Assembly (NCBI GenBank): GCA_027064305.1
Contig: JAMOPY010000004.1
Location: 1-21,796, forward strand
Direction: 5' to 3'
DNA from: Methanobacteriota archaeon
Lineage (GTDB): Archaea; JAADCQ01; Methanopyri; Methanopyrales; Methanopyraceae
DNA: 21,796 nt
The position numbers and the translations under genes were made by a program. Numbering within the stretch: the stretch's first letter is position 1; each line of letters opens with the position of its first letter. Shown here one piece after another: positions 9,070 through 16,916 of the stretch. Under the pieces are notes generated by a model that saw only the letters and a list, made by a program, of their open reading frames with translations, did not search any database and was not told where the DNA came from.

Positions 9070-9092
9070 ACGTTACGATTCCCGTAACGATT
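9070..9092. promoter_or_regulatory. Palindromic element CGTTACG-N5-CGTAACG, copy 2 (inverted relative to copy 1)
   Basis: ACGTTACGATTCCCGTAACGATT, 13 nt after the trmY stop. Confidence 0.55.
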
Positions 9093-9161
9093 TGGACAAA
9101 GGGGTTTCGGGGAACCCCACAAAAGCCTCGGCACCGCACCGAAACCCGGGGCCCGGTCGGC

Positions 9162-9611
9162 ATGCGCCACCTGTACCTCACCGCCCTGCCCGACCGGGTC
9201 CTCTTCACCGCCCTGGACGACGAGCTCCTTCCGGAGCGGGCCTACCTCAGCTACCGGGACGGCCGGTTCCGGTTCTCCACCGAGGAATCCGAGATCTCCC
9301 GAAGCGTGGACGACGACTCCGTCCTCCAGGCGAAGGAGCGGCTGGAGCGCGAGCTCCGGGACGTGATGAACCGCCGCCCCCGCATCATCCGGGCGGAGAA
9401 GCGGGAGGACCTGCCCCGAGGCGAGGCCGTGGAGGTGTACGGATCCTGCGAGGGGGAGGAGGTGTTCGCCGGGCGCTTCGAGCTGGGCGAGGAGGTCTAC
9501 ATCGCCGCCCGAGGTACGGACACCGAGACCGCCCGCACGGTCACGGAGACCTCGGAGAGGGTCCTAACCGAGCTGCTGGCGAGGGCCGTCGAGCTGTACT
9601 ACTCCTCCTGA
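9162..9611 (+). CDS. Hypothetical protein (149 aa)
   Basis: ATG start; E/R-rich composition and GC3-rich codons like its neighbours; no family recognised. Confidence 0.7.
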   Translation: MRHLYLTALPDRVLFTALDDELLPERAYLSYRDGRFRFSTEESEISRSVDDDSVLQAKERLERELRDVMNRRPRIIRAEKREDLPRGEAVEVYGSCEGEEVFAGRFELGEEVYIAARGTDTETARTVTETSERVLTELLARAVELYYSS

Positions 9612-9901
9612 AGCCGGCGCTTCACCGCCTCCACCTTCCCCCTGGCCGTCACCTCCCGATCGCGCCGATCGTCGATCCGGACCATGAGCACGACCCGATC
9701 CGCGTGCTTCACGGCCTCCTCGTGGGCGACCCGAATCGCCTCCAACGCCTCCTCGAGGTCCTCCGCCTCCACCACGGTACCCATGGGCCCCACCTCGGGC
9801 TCGAAGCCGCCCTCCTCCAGGGCCCGAACGACCGAGGCCACCTCCCGACTGAAGCTCGTGGACCCGGTACCCAGCGGGTACACGGCGATCTCCACGATCA
9901 A
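9599..9901 (-). CDS. MTH1187/YkoF family thiamine-binding-like protein (DUF77)
   Basis: MIVEIAVYPLGTGSTSFS, EVGPMGTVVE, RIDDRRD and GKVEAV family pattern. Confidence 0.88.
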   Translation of the reverse strand: MIVEIAVYPLGTGSTSFSREVASVVRALEEGGFEPEVGPMGTVVEAEDLEEALEAIRVAHEEAVKHADRVVLMVRIDDRRDREVTARGKVEAVKRRLQEE

Positions 9902-9960
9902 CCGGAGTCTCCCCCGACACCTTAACCCGGGCCCCGACCCCGATCGAACCGGGGCCCGGC

Positions 9961-10710
9961 ATGAGGGTGGCCGTCTCCTCCTTAAGCGTTGGCGATTGGT
10001 GGGCGGACACGGGGCGAATCAACGAGCTTCCCGGCCTCACCGGGGCCGACGGGGTGGAGCTGATTCTGGAGGGGTCGCACCAACCCTCCCGGCTCGACCC
10101 CGGACGATTGACCGTCGACGTGGAGTCCGTGCACGCCCCCTTCGCGGACGTGAACCTCGCCACGCCCAGCGATCATCACCGCGAGTACGCGCTCGACGTC
10201 CTGCGCCGGTCGGCCGAGCTCGCGAGGGACCTGGGGGCCCGGTACGTCGTCGTGCACCCGGGCCACCTCACCCCGGTCACCGTGGACGACCGGGACCTCG
10301 CCCTGGACCTCTGCATCGAGGCGCTGCGCGAGGTGAGACGGGTCGTGAGGAAGGAGGGTCTCGTGCCCGCCGTGGAGAACATGCCCGACCACGAGCTCCT
10401 GCTGGGCTCGAGCCCGGAGGAGATTGCGGAGATCGTCCGGGCCAGCGGCTGCCGCTTCGCGCTGGACGTCGGCCACGCGCTCACGTGCGAGGGCTCGCCG
10501 CTCCCCTACCTGGAGGAGCTCGAGCCCTGCGTGATTCACGTGCACGATAACTCGGGGGACCGGGACGAGCACCGGCCCCCGGGCGAGGGGATCCTCCGGG
10601 AGCGCGAGCTGGGCGAGGCGCTGGAGGCCGGCGAGCTGCCCGTGATCGAGGTGAAGAGCGTGGAGGGAGCGCGCCGCGGGGTCGCGCTGGTCCGACGGCT
10701 CCTCGGCTGA
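9961..10710 (+). CDS. Sugar phosphate isomerase/epimerase (xylose isomerase-like/AP endonuclease 2 TIM barrel)
   Basis: SVHAPFADVN, VVHPG, AVENMP, LDVGHA, HVHDNSG and DEHRPPGEG metal-binding motifs. Confidence 0.88.
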   Translation: MRVAVSSLSVGDWWADTGRINELPGLTGADGVELILEGSHQPSRLDPGRLTVDVESVHAPFADVNLATPSDHHREYALDVLRRSAELARDLGARYVVVHPGHLTPVTVDDRDLALDLCIEALREVRRVVRKEGLVPAVENMPDHELLLGSSPEEIAEIVRASGCRFALDVGHALTCEGSPLPYLEELEPCVIHVHDNSGDRDEHRPPGEGILRERELGEALEAGELPVIEVKSVEGARRGVALVRRLLG

Positions 10711-11319
10711 TCACTCCCGGGCCAGGCCGTCCAGCGCCACCGCCTCCCCGTCCCGTAGCAGCATCGGGTTAACGTCCAGCTCCGTCCACCCCTCCTCCCG
10801 GTAGGCCCTCAACGCCCGGTGCGCCACGTCGCACAGGTCCTCGGCGCTCAGCTCGGAGAGCAGCGATCGGCCCCCGGGCACCCGGCGCAGGGCCCGCTCC
10901 AGCTCCTCGGGCTCTAGGGGCGGCCGCCGGACGATGTACGCGCCCAGCTCCTCCACGAGCCCGCCCCCCAGCCCGAGGAGGATCACCGGGCCGAAGGTGG
11001 GATCCCGCTTGATCCCCAGGAAGGCCTCGACCCCGCCGACCGTGTCCACGTGCCGCTGCACCATGATCCGGCCGTCCGGCCACCGATCCAAGAGCGTCCG
11101 CGAGAACTCCTCGACGTCGCGCCGGGACGGCACGGCGGTCCGGATGGCCCCCTCCCGGGCCCGGTGCGTGACCTTCGGGTGCAGCAGCTTCACCACGTAC
11201 GGCGGGTCGAGGTCCAGGTCGCGCGCCTCCTCCGGCGACTCCAGCACGGCGTACTCCGGGACCTCGATGCCCCTCCTCCGCAGCGCCCTCAGGACCTCGT
11301 CCTCCAGGATCACGGTCAA
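10711..11319 (-). CDS. Stand-alone ATP-grasp protein resembling ADP-forming acyl-CoA synthetase beta subunit
   Basis: PYVVKL, VEAFLGIKRDPTFGPVILLGLGG, ELDVNP and VALDG. The TTG start overlaps the upstream stop (TTGA). Confidence 0.82.
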   Translation of the reverse strand: MTVILEDEVLRALRRRGIEVPEYAVLESPEEARDLDLDPPYVVKLLHPKVTHRAREGAIRTAVPSRRDVEEFSRTLLDRWPDGRIMVQRHVDTVGGVEAFLGIKRDPTFGPVILLGLGGGLVEELGAYIVRRPPLEPEELERALRRVPGGRSLLSELSAEDLCDVAHRALRAYREEGWTELDVNPMLLRDGEAVALDGLARE

Positions 11320-12449
11320 GACCGGACCAGCTCCCCGATCACCTCGTTGAAGGCCTCGCAGAACCGCTCGATGTCCTCCCGGGGCGCGGAGAAGGCCACG
11401 CGGATGAACCCGCGCCCGTGCCGCGTGCTCGTGTAGTACCCGGTGCGAACGAAGATGCGGTGCTCCGTGTAAAGCTTGCCCACCACGGTGCGAGAGTCCA
11501 GATGCTCGTACTCTGAGAAGTCCAGGACCAGGCAGTTAGCGTGGGAGGGATACACCGGGATCTTCACGCCGTCCCCCTCGCACTCGCGCTTGATCAGCCG
11601 CTGGTTCCGGCGCGTCTCGCGCACGAGCCTCGGCACCCACCGATCCCGCACGCGCAGGGCGGTGATGGCCGCCTCCTGCGCGATGGCGTTGATTCCGAGC
11701 TTGCTCACCTTGTACCGGCAGATCTGCTCCAGCAGCCGCTTCTCCCCGACGATGGCCCCCACCCGGAGCCCCGCCATCCCGTAGGTCTTGGAGAAGCTGT
11801 ACAGGTCCACGCAGCGCTCCGGATCCATCTCGCAGGCCACGGGCCGGTGCGGGGCGAAGTCCCGGTACGTGCAGTCGTGCACGAGGAACGCGTCGGCGTC
11901 CTGGGCCAGCTCGACCAGGGCCCGGAGCTCGCGCTCGTTGAGGCTGCTGCCCAGCGGGTTCAGCGGGTTGATCACGAAGATCAGGTCGAGGTCCTTCAGC
12001 CGCCCGTCGAGCGCCTCCTGGACCGCTTCCGCGGTCATCTTGTATCCGACCTCCGGGGAGTACACGTCCACCTCCTGCACCTCCACCCCCTCGGCCATCA
12101 TCATCCCGTCGATCGTCTTGTACCCGGGGTCCGGAGTCACGGCCACCCCGTTGCTCGCCAGCGCCCGGATGGTGGCGTGCACGCCCTCGATCGCCCCGTT
12201 CGTGATCACCGCCTCGAACTCGTCATCCTCCAGCCCGAAGTACTCCAGGACGCTCCGGCGCAGTCGCACGTCCCCGCGCGGGTTCGTGTACACGTTGTAC
12301 GGGGCCTCCAGGGCGGCCCGCACCACGGCCCTCCGAACCTCCTCCGGCGGCCCGAGCCGGTTGGTGTTCTGACCGAGCTCGATCACCTCGCCGGAGCGGA
12401 TCCGCCGGAAGAGCTCGTCGGGGGAATCCGGGATCCAGTCCGCGGGCAT
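11316..12449 (-). CDS. PLP-dependent aminotransferase, class I/II
   Basis: ITNGAIEG, INPLNPLG, HDCTY and SFSKTYGMAGLRVG (PLP lysine), FIRVAF. Confidence 0.92.
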   Translation of the reverse strand: MPADWIPDSPDELFRRIRSGEVIELGQNTNRLGPPEEVRRAVVRAALEAPYNVYTNPRGDVRLRRSVLEYFGLEDDEFEAVITNGAIEGVHATIRALASNGVAVTPDPGYKTIDGMMMAEGVEVQEVDVYSPEVGYKMTAEAVQEALDGRLKDLDLIFVINPLNPLGSSLNERELRALVELAQDADAFLVHDCTYRDFAPHRPVACEMDPERCVDLYSFSKTYGMAGLRVGAIVGEKRLLEQICRYKVSKLGINAIAQEAAITALRVRDRWVPRLVRETRRNQRLIKRECEGDGVKIPVYPSHANCLVLDFSEYEHLDSRTVVGKLYTEHRIFVRTGYYTSTRHGRGFIRVAFSAPREDIERFCEAFNEVIGELVRS

Positions 12450-12515
12450 CGAGACCCCGACGCGCCTTTATCCCACGACGTGCTTTTGTGAAAATACCGA
12501 CGGGGGTTACGGGCC
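12450..12515. promoter_or_regulatory. Divergent promoter region between aminotransferase and HTH-ACT regulator
   Basis: AT-rich tracts in GC-rich DNA: TTTAT at 12467-12471 and the imperfect palindrome TTTTGTGAAAA at 12484-12494. Confidence 0.5.
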
Positions 12516-13001
12516 GTGCACCTGCGGGGGCGGGCCCGGGACATCCTGAAGCTCGTGGTGGAGAACCCGGGCACCACCGTCTCCGAGCTCGCCCAGCGGC
12601 TCGGGCTGCACCGCAGCACGATGGACCGGTACATCAAGATCCTCAAGGACCTGGGGCTCGTCCGCACCAAGCCCGGCCGCGGGGGCGGCGTGTACCCCAC
12701 CTGCGACTCCGTCGTCCTGGTCCGCTCCGAGGGTCGGGTGCGGCTGGTCCGCCGCGGCGGCTCCCGCGCGAGGATCACCGTGAAGGCGAAGGACCGACCG
12801 GGCCTGCTGGCGGACGTGTCCGAGCGGTTCGCCCGGGCCGGGGTGAACATCCTGGAGACCGAGCTGCAGGTCGTCGACGGGATCGCCGTGATGCGCTTCG
12901 AGGCGGAGAACGTGGTTCACGAGGAGGTCCTGCGCGAGCTGCGCGGGCTCAAGGGACTCCGAGAGCTGAGGATCGAGCGCCCGCGGGGTGAAGGAGGCTA
13001 G
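12516..13001 (+). CDS. Winged-HTH plus ACT-domain transcriptional regulator
   Basis: TVSELAQRLGLHRSTMDRYIKILKDLGLV...GRGGG wHTH, followed by ITVKAKDRPGLLADVSERFARAGVNI ACT signature. Confidence 0.88.
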   Translation: MHLRGRARDILKLVVENPGTTVSELAQRLGLHRSTMDRYIKILKDLGLVRTKPGRGGGVYPTCDSVVLVRSEGRVRLVRRGGSRARITVKAKDRPGLLADVSERFARAGVNILETELQVVDGIAVMRFEAENVVHEEVLRELRGLKGLRELRIERPRGEGG

Positions 13002-14000
13002 ATGACGGCCCGGATCGCGACCCCGGCCGAGGCGCTGCTCGGGCTGCTGGGTCGGGGTCGCCTCCTCCTGCCGCGAGGGTACAAGACGGGCCGGGCGACC
13101 GGGCGCGCCGCGGTGAACCGGTTCGCGCTGTACGCGGCCCGGAAGGGGCTGGGGTTCGACCCGGAGGAGGTGCCCGTCCGATCGATCACCGGCTGGAGAG
13201 GGCTGAGGCTCACCGTGCCCGGGGAGGGGGAGAGGTCCGACTACCGGACGACCGCCTCCCGGGACGCCGAGATCCCGGCCGAGGAGCTGCAGGCCCGGCT
13301 CCCCGAGTACCCGGCCCGCCCGCACTTCGTCGTGGACCTCCGGTTCTGGGGGGAGCACTCCCGGTTCGGCCGGACGAACCTGATCCGGCAGACCGCGGTC
13401 ACCGCGTCCACCCTCCGACGGTACCTCTCCGACCGGCACCTCACCCTCGTCAACGCCCCGCCGGAGGCCCGCGAGCGGTTCGCCCGGGCGTTCCCGACGT
13501 TCGAGGGGGGCTTCTCGGACTGGGAGACGCTGCTCTCGAGGCTGGGTGAGGACCGCGTCGTGCTGCTCGACCCGAACGCGGAGGAGGAGCTGACGGAGCG
13601 GGACCTGCGGCGCTACGACGTCTTCGCGCTGGGCGGCATCGTGGACGACAACATGCAGGGCTGGACCGAGAAGCTGGCCCCCGGGATCCCGGCCGACGTG
13701 ATCCGGCGCAAGATCACGCTCCGCGGCCGCGTCGAGGGGGTCCCCGACCGCATCAACGCGCTGGTCGAGGCGCTGTGCCGGGTGCTGGTGGAGGGTGAGA
13801 GCCTCCGGGAGGCCGTCCTCAGCGTGCAATCGCCCCGGTTCGCCCGGCGCCGGCTCCGGCTCGAGTTAAAAGGGCTCGACCGGCTGGATCGCGAAGCCCT
13901 TGAAAGCGTCCGCGAGGTGGTGAACCTCCCCCCGTCGGAGATCGTGAAGGAGGCACGTCGGCTGGGGATCCCGGTCGAGGTTGACCTGCAGGATGGTTGA
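13002..14000 (+). CDS. trm10: tRNA (purine9-N1)-methyltransferase, archaeal Trm10
   Basis: PHFVVDL, VVLLDPNAEEEL, FALGGIVD and RRKITLRG...GVPDRIN archaeal Trm10 SPOUT motifs. Confidence 0.9.
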   Translation: MTARIATPAEALLGLLGRGRLLLPRGYKTGRATGRAAVNRFALYAARKGLGFDPEEVPVRSITGWRGLRLTVPGEGERSDYRTTASRDAEIPAEELQARLPEYPARPHFVVDLRFWGEHSRFGRTNLIRQTAVTASTLRRYLSDRHLTLVNAPPEARERFARAFPTFEGGFSDWETLLSRLGEDRVVLLDPNAEEELTERDLRRYDVFALGGIVDDNMQGWTEKLAPGIPADVIRRKITLRGRVEGVPDRINALVEALCRVLVEGESLREAVLSVQSPRFARRRLRLELKGLDRLDREALESVREVVNLPPSEIVKEARRLGIPVEVDLQDG

Positions 14001-14940
14001 GCTGGGGTACGAGCGGGCCGAGCGGTGCGAGGTGCAGGGGAAGCCCGCCTGCCGGGCCGGGCTTAAGGACGGCAGGCGCCTGATCCACGACGCCCACCTG
14101 TCCCGGCCGGAGCACTACTACTCCGTGTACCAGAGCTGCTGCAACTGGGAGTGCAAGTTCTGCCACTCCTGGCGGTTCACGCAGCGCCCGGTAGGCACCT
14201 GGTGGAGCCCCGAGGACTTCGTCGAGCGCGCGCTCGAGTACCGGGAGCGGGTGACCGTGTGGGAACCCCGGGAGCGGGCCACGGCGTTCCACGCCCACGA
14301 CCTCTGCCTCGGGTGCGGTCGGTGCGTGCTGGGGGAGCGGCCCGACTGGTGCCCGGGCCGGGTCGATCCGGACGACCTCGTCCTCAGCCCGCAGGGGTGG
14401 GGACCGGCCCGCAACATCGTCGCGTTCACGGGCGGCGACCTCACCTGCCGGCCCGATTTCTACGTCGAGGCGATCCGGGCGCTCAAGCGCGAGACCGACG
14501 ACCTGTGGGTGCTGCTCGAGAGCAACGGGTTCGGGCTCGTGAGGGAGCACGTGGAGGAGCTGGCCGCGGCCGGCCTCGACTCCGTGTGGCTGGACATCAA
14601 GGCCTGGGACGAGGAGACGCACCGAAGGCTCACGGGGGCCACCAACCGCTACACGCTCGAGAGCGTGGAACTGCTCCGGGAGCACGACATCGTGGTGGAG
14701 GTGTGCACGCTCTACATCCCCGGGCACGTGGAGGCGGACCAGATCCTGCGCATCGCGCACCACGTTGCCCAGGTCGACCGGGACATCCCGTTCACGATCC
14801 TAGCGTACTTCCCGGAGTACAAGCTGTCCGCCCGCCCGCCTTTGAGGTCGGAGCTGGAGACGGCCGAGCGGCTCGCCCGGGAGGTGGCGGGGCTAAGGAG
14901 GGTGCGGATAGGAAACGAGCACGTGGCACTCCCGGGGTGA
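13993..14940 (+). CDS. Radical SAM protein, PflA/activase-like, with extra Cys cluster
   Basis: CNWECKFC (CX3CX2C), FTGGD, ESNG, WLDIKA, TLYIPG and YFPEYKL. ATG 13993 overlaps the trm10 stop; alternative start is TTG 13981. Confidence 0.9.
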   Translation: MVELGYERAERCEVQGKPACRAGLKDGRRLIHDAHLSRPEHYYSVYQSCCNWECKFCHSWRFTQRPVGTWWSPEDFVERALEYRERVTVWEPRERATAFHAHDLCLGCGRCVLGERPDWCPGRVDPDDLVLSPQGWGPARNIVAFTGGDLTCRPDFYVEAIRALKRETDDLWVLLESNGFGLVREHVEELAAAGLDSVWLDIKAWDEETHRRLTGATNRYTLESVELLREHDIVVEVCTLYIPGHVEADQILRIAHHVAQVDRDIPFTILAYFPEYKLSARPPLRSELETAERLAREVAGLRRVRIGNEHVALPG

Positions 14941-14944
14941 TCGG

Positions 14945-15385
14945 ATGACCGGGAAAACCAAATGCTTCTGCGTGTGCAAGGGCCGGTACCCGGCCCCCGC
15001 CCTCGCCGTCGACGGGATCGTCCCCTACGAGGGCGGGATCGTGCTGATCCGGCGGGGACGCGAGCCGTTCAAGGGCCGGCTGGCCCTGCCCGGCGGGTTC
15101 GTGGAGTGCGGCGAGACCGTGGAGGAGGCCGTGGTCCGCGAGGTCCGCGAGGAGACCGGGCTGAGGGTCAGGCCCGAGCGGCTCGTGGGCGTGTACTCGG
15201 ACCCCGACCGGGACCCCCGCGGGCACGTCGTCTCCGTGTGCTTCCTCTGCAGGGTGGAGGGGGGCGAGCTGCGGGCTGGCTCCGACGCGGCCGACGTGGA
15301 GGTGGTGGATCCGGGTGAGCTGTCCCCCGAGGACCTGGCCTTCGACCACTACAGGATGCTCCGGGACGCGGGGATTGTGGATTGA
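14945..15385 (+). CDS. NUDIX hydrolase (NudF/ADP-ribose pyrophosphatase-like)
   Basis: Nudix box GGFVECGETVEEAVVREVREETGL, GVYSDPDRDPRGH and LAFDH. Confidence 0.93.
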   Translation: MTGKTKCFCVCKGRYPAPALAVDGIVPYEGGIVLIRRGREPFKGRLALPGGFVECGETVEEAVVREVREETGLRVRPERLVGVYSDPDRDPRGHVVSVCFLCRVEGGELRAGSDAADVEVVDPGELSPEDLAFDHYRMLRDAGIVD

Positions 15386-15975
15386 GGAGGGAGGTAGAGG
15401 GGGCCGCGCTGCTGGCCCTGGGGGCGGCCGTGCTCACGATCTCCTCCTACGCCTTGAACGGTTTCTCGGAGCCACCTCGGCTCCCGGAGACGGACAACCC
15501 GGCCCTGTGCGACCGCTTTTTCGCGATCGTCTCCGGGTTCCTGTCGGGGACGGTGATGGCGGGGATGGGGGCCCTGAAGTTCCGGAAGAACGAGAAGGTG
15601 CGGGCCGCGCTGGGGCTGCTGAGGAAGGCGGAGAAGTACCTGGAGGAGGGGTCCGAGCGCATCCCGGCCAAGTACAACGCGCTCACCTACGCCCTGAGGG
15701 CACTGCGGTGCGTGAAGCGCGCGGCGGACCTGCTCGAGGAGGTGGAACGGGAGGCTGAGGGGAAGTCCGAGTCCGACCGGGGTGGTGAGGATGTACGAGC
15801 CTCCGAGCGGGAGTCCGGAGCCCGGGGATCGGGTGGTGGTGACGGGGATCGTGGTGAGCGAGGATCCGCTGACGATCGACGACGGGAGGAGGATCGTGAG
15901 GTGCCCCCCGACGGAGACGATGGAGGTGAGGGACGAGCGCGGGGAGCGGATCGAGGAGACACCGAAGCGGGGTGA
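15382..15975 (+). CDS. Hypothetical membrane protein (two hydrophobic segments, then a helical region); 3' end doubtful
   Basis: TTG overlaps the NUDIX stop. The last ~60 codons overlap the next gene and read as low-complexity shadow translation. Confidence 0.6.
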   Translation: MRREVEGAALLALGAAVLTISSYALNGFSEPPRLPETDNPALCDRFFAIVSGFLSGTVMAGMGALKFRKNEKVRAALGLLRKAEKYLEEGSERIPAKYNALTYALRALRCVKRAADLLEEVEREAEGKSESDRGGEDVRASERESGARGSGGGDGDRGERGSADDRRREEDREVPPDGDDGGEGRARGADRGDTEAG

Positions 15976-16108
15976 GGTGGTCCGCGTCTTCGGCGTCGTG
16001 ATCGACGCGGGCGAGGACCGGATCACGCTCGAGCCGCACGCCGTGCAGCGGCTGAACCTGGAGCCCGAGCTCTGGCGGGACGTGCGCCGGGTGACCCATC
16101 AAGAATAA
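15791..16108 (+). CDS. Small single OB-fold protein (RPA small subunit-like)
   Basis: GDRVVVTGIV, LTIDDG, GEVVRVFGVV and LEPHAVQ beta-strand pattern; SD-like GGTGGTGAGG directly before the ATG. Confidence 0.75.
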   Translation: MYEPPSGSPEPGDRVVVTGIVVSEDPLTIDDGRRIVRCPPTETMEVRDERGERIEETPKRGEVVRVFGVVIDAGEDRITLEPHAVQRLNLEPELWRDVRRVTHQE

Positions 16109-16144
16109 ACAGCCTCCCCGCCGAACCCGGCCGGGGGCGAGCGC

Positions 16145-16915
16145 ATGACCCTGTTCCGGGCGTACCAGGAGGAGGCCAGGTACTTCAAGTACGCGTTCAA
16201 CGCGGCCGGCAAGGTCGTGGAGGAGGCCCCGCTGATCGTCTCTCCGGACAAGGGGATCCTGTCCCGGGCGATGGACGCCTCGCACATCGCCATGGCCGTG
16301 CTCGAGATGCCCTGGGAGATGTTCGACGAGTACGAGGCCCCGACGGAGGAGGACGAGCTGATCTACGGGCTGGACATGGAGGAGGTGACCCGCATCGTCC
16401 GGCGGGCGCGGGTCACGGACGAGTTCACCCTGGAGGCGGAGAGCGAGGATGAGGTGATCGTGAAGCTGGCCTCGGGCGGCTACGAGCGCGAGTTCCGGCT
16501 GCGGAGCATCGAGGTCGAGGACATCCCGGACGAGCCCGAGCTGGACTACACGGTGGAGGTCACGGTGGTCCCGGACTTCGTGCAGGACGCCGTGCGGGAC
16601 GCGGACCTGGTCAGCGACACCGTGAAGGTCGGCGTGGAGGACGGGACGTTCTACTTCAAGGCGGAGGGCGAGCGGGGCGTGGTGCAGCCGAAGGTGAGGG
16701 AGGGCGCCGAGGCCCTGCTGAGCTTCGACGCCGAGGAGAACGTGGAGACGGCCTACCCGCTGGACTACCTGAAGGACATGATCCAGGCCGCCCAGGGCGC
16801 CGAGAGCGTCATCATCCGGCTCGGCGAGGACATGCCGCTGGAGCTCGAGTTCCGGATCGGTCCCGCCGGCGAGGGCCGGCTGAAGTTCTACCTGGCCCCG
16901 CGGGTCGAGGAGTAG
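16145..16915 (+). CDS. pcn: DNA polymerase sliding clamp (PCNA)
   Basis: RAMDASHIAM, FDEY, YPLDYLKDM, DMPLELEF and FYLAPRVEE C-terminus. Confidence 0.97.
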   Translation: MTLFRAYQEEARYFKYAFNAAGKVVEEAPLIVSPDKGILSRAMDASHIAMAVLEMPWEMFDEYEAPTEEDELIYGLDMEEVTRIVRRARVTDEFTLEAESEDEVIVKLASGGYEREFRLRSIEVEDIPDEPELDYTVEVTVVPDFVQDAVRDADLVSDTVKVGVEDGTFYFKAEGERGVVQPKVREGAEALLSFDAEENVETAYPLDYLKDMIQAAQGAESVIIRLGEDMPLELEFRIGPAGEGRLKFYLAPRVEE

Positions 16916-16916
16916 C

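Noticed and set aside
9101-9150. Possible archaeal SECIS element
   Set aside because: No convincing GAA/A internal-loop stem, and no neighbouring gene appears to need TGA readthrough.
9141-9960. Similar GAA(A)CC(C)GGGGCCCGG words before the starts at 9162 and 9961
   Set aside because: Short, almost all G/C, and explainable as an SD-like GGGG in GC-rich context.
12507-14763. Minus-strand ORFs of 440 aa and 314 aa, and similar nested alternative-frame ORFs across the window
   Set aside because: They overlap well-supported genes and are expected from stop-codon scarcity in high-GC DNA.
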